From Lunatimonas sp. (GTDB lineage Bacteria > Bacteroidota > Bacteroidia > Cytophagales > Cyclobacteriaceae), in the NCBI RefSeq assembly GCF_020832325.1, contig NZ_JAFIEU010000022.1, forward strand, positions 12,692-76,691: 64,000 nucleotides of DNA, read 5' to 3'. The notes beneath the pieces were generated by a model, which ran no database searches, had not been told where the DNA came from, and worked only from the letters and a program-made list of their open reading frames with translations. Position numbers and translations under genes: made by a program. Position 1 is the stretch's first letter. The number at the start of each line of letters is the position of its first letter. Shown here piece by piece: positions 45,401 to 54,849 of the stretch.

Positions 45401-46501
45401 TTAAAAACGTTTGGTTCTGTTTCTGCGGTAATCTTCGAAAATCAAGTGGCCCAACCCCTTTAGGCTACTGTAGTAGGCATTACCGTTATTTACGGTGGTG
45501 AATTCCTTTACAAACTCCTTGAGGTAGGGGTCGGAAGCAATCATAAAGGTGGTGACGGGAATCTTTAGTCGACGGCACTGCGCCGCCAATTTCAACGTTT
45601 CTTTGAGAATCTTGCTGTCTATGCCAAAGGCATTTTTATAGTACTTAATCCCGACTTTGAGGCAAGTCGGTTTGCCGTCCGTGATCATAAATATTTGCTT
45701 GTTGGGGTTCTTTCGGCGCCGTAGCAAATCCATGGCCAGTTCCAGCCCGGCCACCGTGTTGGTATGGTAGGGACCCACTTGTAAGTAAGGCAGGTCTTTG
45801 ATTTCGATTTGCCAGGCGTCGTTGCCAAAAACTATCACATCCAGGGTATCCTTGGGATAGCGCGTTTTGATCAACTCGGCCAGGGCCATTGCTACTTTCT
45901 TTGCAGGCGTGATCCGATCCTCACCATACAGGATCATGGAGTGGGAAATGTCAATCATCAGGACCGTAGAGGTCTGGGTCTTGACCTCCTTGTCCACCAC
46001 TTCCAGATCATCCTCGGTAAGGAGGAAATCACCGGAAAAACCGTGATTAACCTGTGCGTTGCGGAGGGAATCGGTCAGGGCGATTTGATCCAAATTATCT
46101 CCAAACTGAAAAGGACGCCGATCAGAACCTGCTTCCTCGCCGGGCCCGGTGTGGGTAGTCTTGTGGTTGCCTGACCTTCCTTTTTTGAGCTTGCCAAAGA
46201 TTTCCTCTAAGGCACTGCGCCGAATCGTCTGCTCCGACTTTCCGGTAATTTTGAATTCTCCCTTGCCGCTTTTTTCCTCCAGGTATCCCTTACTCTTCAA
46301 GTCTTCGATAAAATCACCTATGCCATACCCCGGTCGGGTGAGGCCATACCGATTGTCCAGATTGGTCAACCAGCTCAATGCTTCGGAAACGTCTCCACCG
46401 GTCATAGTGGCCAACTGCAGAAAAACATCCAGCAGCTGATCGAAGGTGTTTTTCTCGGGATCCTTTTCGGGTACAAATTTGGTAAATCTAAATCCCTTCA
46501 T
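45401..46501 (-). CDS. VWA (von Willebrand factor A) domain protein, CoxE/ChlD-like partner of the AAA+ protein
   Basis: The MIDAS motif is 'VLMIDISHSM' (DxSxS), with 'IFMITDGKPT' downstream. It lies 5 bp upstream of the AAA+ gene. The start is set at ATG 46501, which avoids overlap with the GNAT gene. Confidence 0.8.
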   Translation of the reverse strand: MKGFRFTKFVPEKDPEKNTFDQLLDVFLQLATMTGGDVSEALSWLTNLDNRYGLTRPGYGIGDFIEDLKSKGYLEEKSGKGEFKITGKSEQTIRRSALEEIFGKLKKGRSGNHKTTHTGPGEEAGSDRRPFQFGDNLDQIALTDSLRNAQVNHGFSGDFLLTEDDLEVVDKEVKTQTSTVLMIDISHSMILYGEDRITPAKKVAMALAELIKTRYPKDTLDVIVFGNDAWQIEIKDLPYLQVGPYHTNTVAGLELAMDLLRRRKNPNKQIFMITDGKPTCLKVGIKYYKNAFGIDSKILKETLKLAAQCRRLKIPVTTFMIASDPYLKEFVKEFTTVNNGNAYYSSLKGLGHLIFEDYRRNRTKRF

Positions 46502-46554
46502 ATCCCCTATAACACGATTCGCTGCAAATGGGTTTAAGCGGATGGAAAAAGGAT

Positions 46555-47037
46555 TTACATATTGTCCAACATCTTTTGGATATCTGCTGCCTGTAAATGG
46601 CAGTTGATCCATCCCTCATCAAATTCGCTGTCATATTTCTTGTAGAAGTTAATAGCGGGTTCGTTCCAGTCGAGCACCTGCCACATCATGCCGGTACAGT
46701 TATCTTCCATGCATTGCTGCATCACCTTTTCGAATAGTAGCTTCCCGGCACCCTTACCCCGCTCCGATTCGGTCACAATATAGTCCTCCAGGTAAAGACG
46801 CCTGCCCTTCCAGGTACTGTATCGGTAGTAATAGATGGCTGTGCCAATGATTTTTCCGGTATCGGCCTTTTCGGCCACAAAAAACCCATAGACCGGATGC
46901 TTACCAAAGCCGTCTTCCTCCATCATGGCGATGGAATTGGTTACCTGCTCGGGGGCTTTTTCGTACAATGCCAGCTCTTTAATCAACTCAAAAACAGCCG
47001 GAATATCGCTTTTTTCTCCTTTTCTGATTGTATACAT
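46555..47037 (-). CDS. GNAT-family N-acetyltransferase
   Basis: 'RLYLEDYIVTESERGKGAGKLLFEKVMQ' is the acetyl-CoA-binding R/Q-x-x-G-x-G/A motif. The size is about 160 aa. Confidence 0.85.
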   Translation of the reverse strand: MYTIRKGEKSDIPAVFELIKELALYEKAPEQVTNSIAMMEEDGFGKHPVYGFFVAEKADTGKIIGTAIYYYRYSTWKGRRLYLEDYIVTESERGKGAGKLLFEKVMQQCMEDNCTGMMWQVLDWNEPAINFYKKYDSEFDEGWINCHLQAADIQKMLDNM

Positions 47038-47107
47038 AGCGTCAAATTAGCAAAAAAGCCCTAATTAAGGGAACACTTTTTTATCTTTGAGCCAAATTCC
47101 TACCCAT

Positions 47108-47881
47108 ATGTTTCTTTCCATAGACGCGGGAAATTCCAATATTGTCATCAGCTTTTACGACGCCTCCTCCAAGGCTTGGACCAAGGAGTTCCGCATGGAC
47201 ACCAAAGCAAATCTGAGCGAACTGGAGCTGGATCAGCGCTTTGGGCTATATTTGCTGGAAAACGACGTAACCGCAGAAGCCATTGACATGGTCGGCATCA
47301 GTTCGGTGGTCCCGGAGATCAACCGAACGCTGGAAAGCTTCAGCAGAAATTTTCTGCGCAAGGATGCATACCTGATCACAGGAAGAAGCTACGACCGGCT
47401 GCCGGTCCGAACCGAAAAGCCAGATGAAATAGGGGCCGACTTGATGTGTAACGTGATGGCTGCCTACACCCGCTACCAGTCAGCCTGTGTGGTGGTAGAC
47501 TTTGGGACCGCCCTTACTTTTACGGTAATTAACGCAGGTGGAGAAGTCCTGGGAGTGAATATCGTTCCCGGCATCAAAACGGCCATCAAATCCCTCTTTG
47601 CCAACACGGCCAAGCTACCAGAAGTACGGCTGGAGGTACCCCCTTCGGCCATTGGCAAAGACACCATTCACTCTATTCAAGCGGGTATCATCTACGGATA
47701 TGTAGGGCTGGTTAACGGCATGCTGGACGCGATTTTTGAAGAGGTGGGGGAGACACTGCCTGTAATTGCGACGGGTGGGCTATCCCACCTTCTTCCAAGA
47801 CTGGAATCCCGCTTTGACCATATCGACCGCCACTTGACTGTGGAAGGAATCCGCCTGATCACGGAGGTGAACAATACCTAA
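47108..47881 (+). CDS. coaX: type III pantothenate kinase
   Basis: 'MFLSIDAGNSNIV', 'VVDFGTALTFTV', 'GIKTAIKSL' and 'VIATGG' are present. The start is at ATG 47108. Confidence 0.9.
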   Translation: MFLSIDAGNSNIVISFYDASSKAWTKEFRMDTKANLSELELDQRFGLYLLENDVTAEAIDMVGISSVVPEINRTLESFSRNFLRKDAYLITGRSYDRLPVRTEKPDEIGADLMCNVMAAYTRYQSACVVVDFGTALTFTVINAGGEVLGVNIVPGIKTAIKSLFANTAKLPEVRLEVPPSAIGKDTIHSIQAGIIYGYVGLVNGMLDAIFEEVGETLPVIATGGLSHLLPRLESRFDHIDRHLTVEGIRLITEVNNT

Positions 47882-47903
47882 GGAAAGATTTTCCGCAAGG
47901 CCC

Positions 47904-49394
47904 CTATTCATAATCTTCGTCCTCTTCGAGCAGCACATCAATAAGTTCCTCCCTGTAGGCCGGGTTCTCTTCTGCTAGTGACAACACGGCTATTGCTTCC
48001 AACGAACAGGTCTCCATCAACTCTTTTAACACTGGCGGCGGCAATCGGTCGTCAAGCCGTAGATCAACAACCTCCGTGTAATAGGCATACGCCTTTACTT
48101 GCTGTTTAAGGTGCAAATGGTACCGGATCATGAGGGTATGAAACTTTATCACTTCACTTGCATGGAATAGGTTCCTGTTTGGAAAAATAGTGGAAAGGTT
48201 GGTAGCTCCTCCGAAGACATCCGCCAAGTCGAACTCCTCTCCTGTTACCAGCATGGCATCGATCAAATCCAATTTGGCGAAAAAATAATCCGGAAACCGC
48301 TCCAATGTTGCCGTTACTTCCGCCCGGAACTTTTCTATGCCATCCAATGCCCGAATGGCGTTGTAACGCAGGTTATAAAAGTTGGGGATATGTGGGTATT
48401 CTTGAATCAACTGGGAAAGCCTATCCCTGATTTCCTGAGCCTGTCTTTTGGTAGGTCCATCCTTTAACACTTGGTTAAGCTCGACGATCTCGTCGTTCAG
48501 CCCCTCTGGAAGATTGACACCATATTCCGTTTCGATCGGTTCATCCGTCCATTCGATGGGCGGGCCAATCAATGCATCATAATCAAACTCCGTAGACCCA
48601 ATCCGAAATATAAATCGGTTATAGATGAAAAATAGAATCGCTTGAAATTGAAAGGCTTGTTTAATATCACTCATATCCAAATCTGCTACCCCTTCAAACC
48701 ATTGCTCCCAGTCAGCGCGGTCCCAGTTGGCCACGTCATAGCTTTCAAGAAGCAATCTCGCTGCTTCGTTGATTTCGTCGTCAACTTCCTCTTCCTCGTC
48801 GGATTCTTCGTCAAGATATCCCTCATCGTAATAGTCATCTTGATGCATCACCCGAAAATTACCCTCTCCCACATGGGACTTTAATTGCCGGAGGAAGTAA
48901 GCCTCCTTGGGGTCGTCACCCTCCAATAGTAAAAGGGGCATTCCATTTTCCCCGAAAGGGATATCTTCTATAAGTGGAATGTCATCTGAATCCGGACCGA
49001 TAATGCAAGCTGCCCACTTAAAGTCCTCATGGGGACGAATCCCGTTGTCCGATCCGTATTCGAGGGCTGCATAGACGATATTGTGGGCAAGGTCATGGGA
49101 GACTTCAGCCATGACATCGTCGATACCCTCCTGAAGATCGCCTACTAAACGCTCAAATTCAAACATAGGCACGTTAACCTGACAGAATGCGTCCTTAATG
49201 CCTGTACACAGTAAATCAACCAAAATGGCTGCGGTGGTAACATTACCATTCACGTGCAGTCGGGAAAACACCAAGTAAAACTTCTTGATCTCCCTCCAGT
49301 GTTCGGGTACATAGCATTTGTATACGGGCAGCTTAAGTGCCATTCCGGATTTCAGGTACGATTGAGGAGTATGGGGTTGCTTCTTCTTGCTCAT
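47904..49394 (-). CDS. hypothetical 496-aa acidic protein (no recognised domain)
   Basis: A long clean ORF with its start at ATG 49394 ('MSKKKQPHTPQSYLKSG'). It has an acidic linker, 'DEESDEEEEVDDE', a helical repeat-like C-terminal half, and an acidic tail, 'LLEEDEDYE'. Confidence 0.6.
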   Translation of the reverse strand: MSKKKQPHTPQSYLKSGMALKLPVYKCYVPEHWREIKKFYLVFSRLHVNGNVTTAAILVDLLCTGIKDAFCQVNVPMFEFERLVGDLQEGIDDVMAEVSHDLAHNIVYAALEYGSDNGIRPHEDFKWAACIIGPDSDDIPLIEDIPFGENGMPLLLLEGDDPKEAYFLRQLKSHVGEGNFRVMHQDDYYDEGYLDEESDEEEEVDDEINEAARLLLESYDVANWDRADWEQWFEGVADLDMSDIKQAFQFQAILFFIYNRFIFRIGSTEFDYDALIGPPIEWTDEPIETEYGVNLPEGLNDEIVELNQVLKDGPTKRQAQEIRDRLSQLIQEYPHIPNFYNLRYNAIRALDGIEKFRAEVTATLERFPDYFFAKLDLIDAMLVTGEEFDLADVFGGATNLSTIFPNRNLFHASEVIKFHTLMIRYHLHLKQQVKAYAYYTEVVDLRLDDRLPPPVLKELMETCSLEAIAVLSLAEENPAYREELIDVLLEEDEDYE

Positions 49395-49673
49395 GGTTGA
49401 TTCTTTAAGCCAGTAATGGGTATTTACATTGGTGAAAAGTAAAATTACATTTAAGTTGGTTTTCTCCAACAGCATCACTGTCCTAGAAATAGCTTCGCCC
49501 TGCTGGCACGAAGCTTGCACCTATCTCTAGCTGAAACCAAGGGTACCTAAAAGTACTCCTTTTTCAACATTTTATGGCCCCGAAAGCGGTGTATCGGGTA
49601 ACATATTTCCCAAGTTGTCGCTTAACCCCGGGCCTTTTTAAACCAATTGTTCACTCTTATAATTTATACACAC

Positions 49674-50828
49674 ATGGAAACGATCAGCGAGAAATTAATT
49701 CACAAACTTTTACACTCTGATGATAATCCTTGTATTTCACTGTACCTGCCCACCCATCGTCATCATCCGGCCACCGATCAGGATCCCGTGCGGTTTAAAA
49801 ACATGCTGAAGGAGGCTGAAAACTCTCTCAATCAAAAGTATTCTGAGGAAGAAGTAGGGAAATTAGTGGAGCCGCTGAAAGAAATACAGCGGGACTATAC
49901 ATTTTGGAACTATAACCTGGATGGGCTGGCCATTTTTAGATCGGAGAATACCTTTGAAGTGGTTCGGCTGCCCGTATCATTTGAACCATTCCTAGTCGTC
50001 GCTGATACGTTTCACACGAAGCCATTGCGTAAATTTCTGCAATCTGTAGACCGCTTTCATCTCTTGGGACTTGGCTTGCACAAAATCAAGCTATACGAGG
50101 GAAACCGACACGGCCTGGAAGAAATAGACCTACAAGGTGATATCCCTACTACCATACAAGAAGCACTGGGTGAGGAGCTAACTGATAGACATCTAACCGC
50201 CGCGTCATATGGAGGCGTGAGCGGCGAAAGCAGTACCATGCACCACGGGCATGGTAGCAAAAAGGACGAAACGGATGTGGATGCTGAGCGTTATTTCCGT
50301 TCCGTGAGTAAGCTCATCGAGGACCATTACTCCAAACCTTTTGATATGCCGTTGATACTAGCGGCATTGCCCGAACACCATCACCTCTTTCAGGAGGTAA
50401 ACAAAAGCCCGTATTTGCTGGATAAAGGCGTGAAAATTGATCCCTTCTCAGCCGATAAAGCGGATTTGGCAAAAATGGCCTGGGAAGTGATGGAGCCTTC
50501 GTATCACAGGAAACTCGCAGAGTTAGCGGAACGCTTTGAGGAGGCCAAAGCTGCCGAGAAAGGGTCAGATGATTATAAGGAACTGGCCATTGCGGCAAAA
50601 GACGGCAGAATTGACACCTTGCTGGTGGAGGCGGATAAAGTCATCGCTGCACGCATCACCAATCTGGTAACCGGCAATACGCAGAGAAAGGATCTTTCTA
50701 ACCCACGTATAGACGACCTTACGGATGATATGGGCGAATTGGTCATGGAGATGGGCGGCAAGGTGATCGTCGTTCCGTCCGACAAAATGCCAACCGATAC
50801 GGGATTGGCTGGGATATTTAGGTACTGA
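49674..50828 (+). CDS. eRF1/Pelota-like ('bacterial archaeo-eukaryotic release factor', baeRF-like) protein
   Basis: The element order is that of the eRF1/Pelota M and C domains, by recollection: 'ISLYLPTHR', 'RFHLLGLGLHKIKLYEG', the 'SYGGVSGES...AERYFRSVSKLIEDHY' loop (compare eRF1 'GGQSALRFARLR...'), 'PLILAALPE', 'AAKDGRIDTLLV', and the C-terminal 'GGKVIVVPSD....GLAGIFRY'. Confidence 0.5.
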   Translation: METISEKLIHKLLHSDDNPCISLYLPTHRHHPATDQDPVRFKNMLKEAENSLNQKYSEEEVGKLVEPLKEIQRDYTFWNYNLDGLAIFRSENTFEVVRLPVSFEPFLVVADTFHTKPLRKFLQSVDRFHLLGLGLHKIKLYEGNRHGLEEIDLQGDIPTTIQEALGEELTDRHLTAASYGGVSGESSTMHHGHGSKKDETDVDAERYFRSVSKLIEDHYSKPFDMPLILAALPEHHHLFQEVNKSPYLLDKGVKIDPFSADKADLAKMAWEVMEPSYHRKLAELAERFEEAKAAEKGSDDYKELAIAAKDGRIDTLLVEADKVIAARITNLVTGNTQRKDLSNPRIDDLTDDMGELVMEMGGKVIVVPSDKMPTDTGLAGIFRY

Positions 50829-50870
50829 TAGTTCTGACACAGGAACCATTGTATCCCTTGCCTAGTTCAA

Positions 50871-50908
50871 GCACCGAATCTCTTTGGAGGTTCGGTGTTT
50901 TTTTTTTC
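50871..50908 (+). terminator. Rho-independent terminator of the 49674 gene
   Basis: The stem is caccgaatctc / gaggttcggtg (one G-U pair) with loop tttg, followed by T10. Confidence 0.8.
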
Positions 50909-50974
50909 GATTGTAAGGGAAGGGGTTTACTTCTATCTGTAATTCTTCTCTAATCCACAGGCTGTGGAACCAAA

Positions 50975-51016
50975 TGAAAACGCCATACCCAAAAGTGGCC
51001 TTTTAGGCATGGCGTT
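50975..51016 (-). terminator. hairpin downstream of the 51043 gene (possible terminator)
   Basis: On the minus strand the stem aacgccatgcc / gggtatggcgtt is followed by 'ttcattt'. The U-tract is imperfect. Confidence 0.4.
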
Positions 51017-51042
51017 AAGCTAGTGGGGGCAAACCCTCCCGA

Positions 51043-51468
51043 CTAGGGGGAACCAAGCGTAAATCTTACCACTACATCCCCCATTTTGTTGTTGGGGTAA
51101 GTATATTCAAACACCAGACTGGTTTCGGTGATAGTACCTACCACCCGCAGGTCTACCGCACCATTGTCTAGTCGTATGATATTGCCCGCTGAAACATGTT
51201 GCCAATTCCCCTCACTTGGAAATCCGGGGATTTCCGTGGTCGTAAACCCGTAGGTATTGTTAGACCGAAAGGCAATCTGGAAGGAGGTCGAATTGACAGG
51301 TTGCCCACCTTTGGATACCGAAATTACCCGCCACGATTTCGCAATCATTTCCGTGGGCGTTTTTGGCTGCGGGGTCGGGGCCGGGGTATCGTCACTTCCG
51401 CAGGCAACGAGTACCGAAAGCAAAAGCATAAAGACGACCGATTTGATAGTACTATGTAAATTTTTCAT
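51043..51468 (-). CDS. small lipoprotein (lipocalin-like beta protein)
   Basis: The start is at ATG 51468. The lipobox is 'LVACGSDD'. The mature beta-rich part is about 120 aa ('WRVISVSKGGQPV...'). Confidence 0.55.
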   Translation of the reverse strand: MKNLHSTIKSVVFMLLLSVLVACGSDDTPAPTPQPKTPTEMIAKSWRVISVSKGGQPVNSTSFQIAFRSNNTYGFTTTEIPGFPSEGNWQHVSAGNIIRLDNGAVDLRVVGTITETSLVFEYTYPNNKMGDVVVRFTLGSP

Positions 51469-51565
51469 GTGTCTATAATTATTTTTCAACGGTCACATGG
51501 AATCTCGCACGAATTACAATCGTCCCTCCGTGTGTTACTTGCGTCGTGCTCGATTTCATAGCCGC

Positions 51566-53254
51566 TTATTTTTTGATCAGTCTTAACCTTTCCATCAATC
51601 CGATGCCCTGTACCTGTACATAATAACTGCCAGCAGGCAACCCAGATAGATCGATAAATACCCGCTCCACGGACAACAGTTCCCTGCTCTCGCGCAACAG
51701 TACCCCCGTGGTGGAATAGATTGCTACCCTATCCACGTAGGTTTCCCTTCCAAAGCGCACCGTTGTACTATTATCCGCAGGATTTGGGTAAAGCTGAATG
51801 GATACGCTCCGCACCTCTTCAGTGGAAGAGGTAATGGCGGTCATGTCCGAGATCGATGTGCATCCGCCCGTTCCGGTTACAACCACGTGGTAAGTTCCCG
51901 CTTCAGTTATCGATAGACTCTGCTGGGTAGCTCCTGGGATGGCGACCCCATCCTTATGCCATTGGTTTCCGGAAGTACTGCTTGAAATCAGCGATAGCTC
52001 TTGAGATATACCGGGGTTGCCGGAAATTTCTACAGTAGGCTTGGGCGGTGCCTGACCACTTGAGGTGAGCGTTACCTCTGCGCTGGCCTCGCAGCCGTTT
52101 CCATCCCGCACAGTGACTTGGTAGGTGCCAGGCGTCAATGAGGCGAAAACCGTAGCTGTTTGGAAGGTTCCCTGCGTTCCTATACGGATCTCATAACCAC
52201 CGGCACCTCCGGAAGGTGTCACTCGGAAGCTCCCTGTCTCATCGTCAGGGCATCCTGGATCAACGATGTCCTCAAATGCAAGCTTTAGCTCTACCGGAGA
52301 CCCAACCGTAAATTCCTCTTCAACCACTATATCGGGATGAGAGATACTTCTAACGTAGGCCGTATAGGTACCTGCCTCAAGCCCTTCAAACATATTTGAA
52401 TTCGAAAACGTCTGTCCATTGAGGCTGTATTCTAGTGTTTGGTCTCCTGCACCCGCCGTGATTGTTGCTTTTCCATCTGAACCACCAAAACAGGTAACAT
52501 CTACCGCTTCAATCTCTTCGATGGCTACCCTCGCCGCCACTGCAAAGGATGCCTCCGCCCTATTGCTGCGGAATCCGTGCTCATCTATTACGGTCACGTG
52601 AACGGTATATGTCCCACCATCTTGTAGATCCTCCAACGAAAGGATGGACGTTAGGTCTACACTACCTGCTGGCTCCGGTAAATCATAGACATAGGTCGTG
52701 TTTGGTGCATTTGCACCGGTAAAGTAGTACTCGAGCCGTACGATGTGCGTTGGTAGATGACCTTCCCGGTTGTAAAAAGACCATAGCTTTGTACTCGACC
52801 ATACTCCTGACTGGTTTTTTGTTCGCATACCCAGCATTCGATGACCCGGCTCAATGGAAGACAGCGGTATGGTATAGTTCATGAAGCCATCCTCGCCAAA
52901 GGCGGGTGCCACCTTCGTCGCATTCCCAAACCCGGGATCAACATCGATAAAATATTCAACCTCGTCGATTTGGCCACCATTGGTCGCCAACAGGTAGAAT
53001 GGATGAAGGTAGGTTTGGGATGCCTTACCCTGGGCATCAAACGTCCGAACGCCTAATTGATGCACACCAACCTCGACGGAAGATAGTGGTATACTGAATG
53101 TCCCCTCCACGGAGGCTCCGTTTCCAACGGAAAAGGCGGTAGCTCTTCCCACGCCCGGATCCGAATCGATAAAGTATTCGAATCGGGCTATCTGTCCTAT
53201 CCCGCTAAAGCTAAGGGATAGAACCAGCCAAATAACCAAACTTAGTATCCTCAT
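51566..53254 (-). CDS. T9SS-sorted multidomain surface protein (EYFID-DPG repeats, SprB-type repeats, Ig-like domain, C-terminal sorting domain)
   Basis: There are three N-terminal repeats ('FEYFIDSDPGVGRA', 'VEYFIDVDPGFGNA', 'LEYYFTG'). Two Cys-containing SprB-like repeats follow ('VTCFGGSDGKATI', 'PGCPDDETGSFRV...GNGCEA'). The C-terminus 'IQLYPNPADNSTTVRF...GSYYVQV' is typical of the T9SS type A CTD. Confidence 0.8.
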   Translation of the reverse strand: MRILSLVIWLVLSLSFSGIGQIARFEYFIDSDPGVGRATAFSVGNGASVEGTFSIPLSSVEVGVHQLGVRTFDAQGKASQTYLHPFYLLATNGGQIDEVEYFIDVDPGFGNATKVAPAFGEDGFMNYTIPLSSIEPGHRMLGMRTKNQSGVWSSTKLWSFYNREGHLPTHIVRLEYYFTGANAPNTTYVYDLPEPAGSVDLTSILSLEDLQDGGTYTVHVTVIDEHGFRSNRAEASFAVAARVAIEEIEAVDVTCFGGSDGKATITAGAGDQTLEYSLNGQTFSNSNMFEGLEAGTYTAYVRSISHPDIVVEEEFTVGSPVELKLAFEDIVDPGCPDDETGSFRVTPSGGAGGYEIRIGTQGTFQTATVFASLTPGTYQVTVRDGNGCEASAEVTLTSSGQAPPKPTVEISGNPGISQELSLISSSTSGNQWHKDGVAIPGATQQSLSITEAGTYHVVVTGTGGCTSISDMTAITSSTEEVRSVSIQLYPNPADNSTTVRFGRETYVDRVAIYSTTGVLLRESRELLSVERVFIDLSGLPAGSYYVQVQGIGLMERLRLIKK

Positions 53255-53259
53255 GGGAA

Positions 53260-54279
53260 CTACAGATTGGATTTGGCTTTTAGCTGAATCGTGAGACCGC
53301 CTTCCTTACTGCCGAAGCTGTCGGCAGCAAACTCATAGATGGTAGGCACAGGAGGTATACCGGATAAAACATAGGGGTTTGATCCCCCAAATATTCCCGG
53401 CTCTGAACCTCCAAAACCAGCTGTTCTGTAGGGCGAATCCGATTTAAGGCGGTATTGACTATCGGTACTGTTGTTTTCAGGTCCTTCAAATAGTTGCGCA
53501 GCAGCATACAACTGATTTCCTGTGCCAGTTGAAAGTTGGTTTGCTAAAGATAAATTGTTTTGTATGTCGTTCGAGTTTACCGTAACATTCGTGGTGTTTG
53601 AGGCAATAATGTTACTCCTAAACCTTGAGGCATCTACAACTACACCCGAAAGGAAAATATTATTCTCTATAGAAGAAAATACTCTTTGATAGAAACTATT
53701 AGTTAAACCTGGATCGAATACACCATTTACGATGTTGTTATTGAATACAACACCTGTAAAACCAACATTCGTTGCACCAATTACCAACCCACCCTGCGCA
53801 AAATAATTATTTATTATAGTAAGTGAATTTATAACACTTGAATTAGACAAAATGATACTTCTGCTTAAGTGGCACCTCATAATTACTATGTTATTTGCAT
53901 TCATTATCATGGGTGTATGAACTGTACTGGTATTTGAAAAAACCAAGCCAATCAAAAAGGTGCCCGAAGAACTGGCAAGCAAATCTATCTGTCCCACTCT
54001 ACTGACACCATTGTTAGGAACATTTGGGTTTTCATCAAGGAAATACCCTGTTCCGATCAATACTAGGCGTTTTGATAAATTCAGGCGACCATAAATCACA
54101 GGACTTGGCTCGACCATCAATGTATCCCCGACTGATGCAAAATCATGTGCCTCCTGCAGAGATGCAAATACTTTCTGCAATGGATTAGTGACTAATTGAT
54201 TATTAACTCTCAGAACGTCTCCAAAACTCATCGAAGTGAGCAGCATTAACGAAAATGCCAACATGTAAATTTTTTTCAT
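53260..54279 (-). CDS. secreted right-handed parallel beta-helix-like protein
   Basis: It has a signal peptide ('MKKIYMLAFSLMLLTSMSFG'). N/S/I/V-rich ~22-aa rungs follow ('NNIVIMRCHL..SIILSNSSVINSLTIINNYF..GLVIGATNVGFTGVVFNNNIVNG...NNIFLSGVVVDASRFRSNIIASN'). The gene is markedly AT-rich. Confidence 0.6.
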   Translation of the reverse strand: MKKIYMLAFSLMLLTSMSFGDVLRVNNQLVTNPLQKVFASLQEAHDFASVGDTLMVEPSPVIYGRLNLSKRLVLIGTGYFLDENPNVPNNGVSRVGQIDLLASSSGTFLIGLVFSNTSTVHTPMIMNANNIVIMRCHLSRSIILSNSSVINSLTIINNYFAQGGLVIGATNVGFTGVVFNNNIVNGVFDPGLTNSFYQRVFSSIENNIFLSGVVVDASRFRSNIIASNTTNVTVNSNDIQNNLSLANQLSTGTGNQLYAAAQLFEGPENNSTDSQYRLKSDSPYRTAGFGGSEPGIFGGSNPYVLSGIPPVPTIYEFAADSFGSKEGGLTIQLKAKSNL

Positions 54280-54810
54280 GATACTTGTTAGTTAAAATGT
54301 GCAACAAAAAGATATTTTGCGATTAGAACGAACCAATGCCTATCTACTCCCAGTAATCTAAAAATCACATGGCAGACATCGGTTGCGTGTCCCAAGTAGC
54401 AAAGACCAAAGCTATTTATTGAATCTTGGAACTCTATCACCATTTTTGGTGGTTATTGCCGTGAAATACAAAAAAAAATAGTCAAATTACATTATTTTAG
54501 ATTCCATAGTAAATGTAAGCGGTCATTTGCCAACCGTCCTGCCAAAAGGAAAATGAATAATTGTCCCTAAATTGTAAAATGCAAAAACCTAGCTTCTCCT
54601 ATTGGCCAAAGGCATAGGCCCACAGATCGAAATGGGCGCTAGGAAGAATACAAACCGTTTCATCATCAGGTTTTCACTTTAATGGAAAAAACAACCTATT
54701 AACAAAGTACTAGGCATCCGACAGCAGCAGGATAAGATTGATAAATATTGGAGTATTGGCAATGCTTTGGTTATCCCAATCACCATCCTTCCCACTCCCT
54801 TTCAATCCTT

Positions 54811-54849
54811 CTTTTTTAAAAAAAAGGCCAAAACACGGCTGTTTTGGCC
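54811..54849 (-). terminator. Rho-independent terminator of the 54865 gene
   Basis: A 9-bp stem, ggccaaaac / gttttggcc, with a 6-nt loop. On the minus strand it is followed by T8. An A-run/T-run on both sides suggests it could work bidirectionally. Confidence 0.65.
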
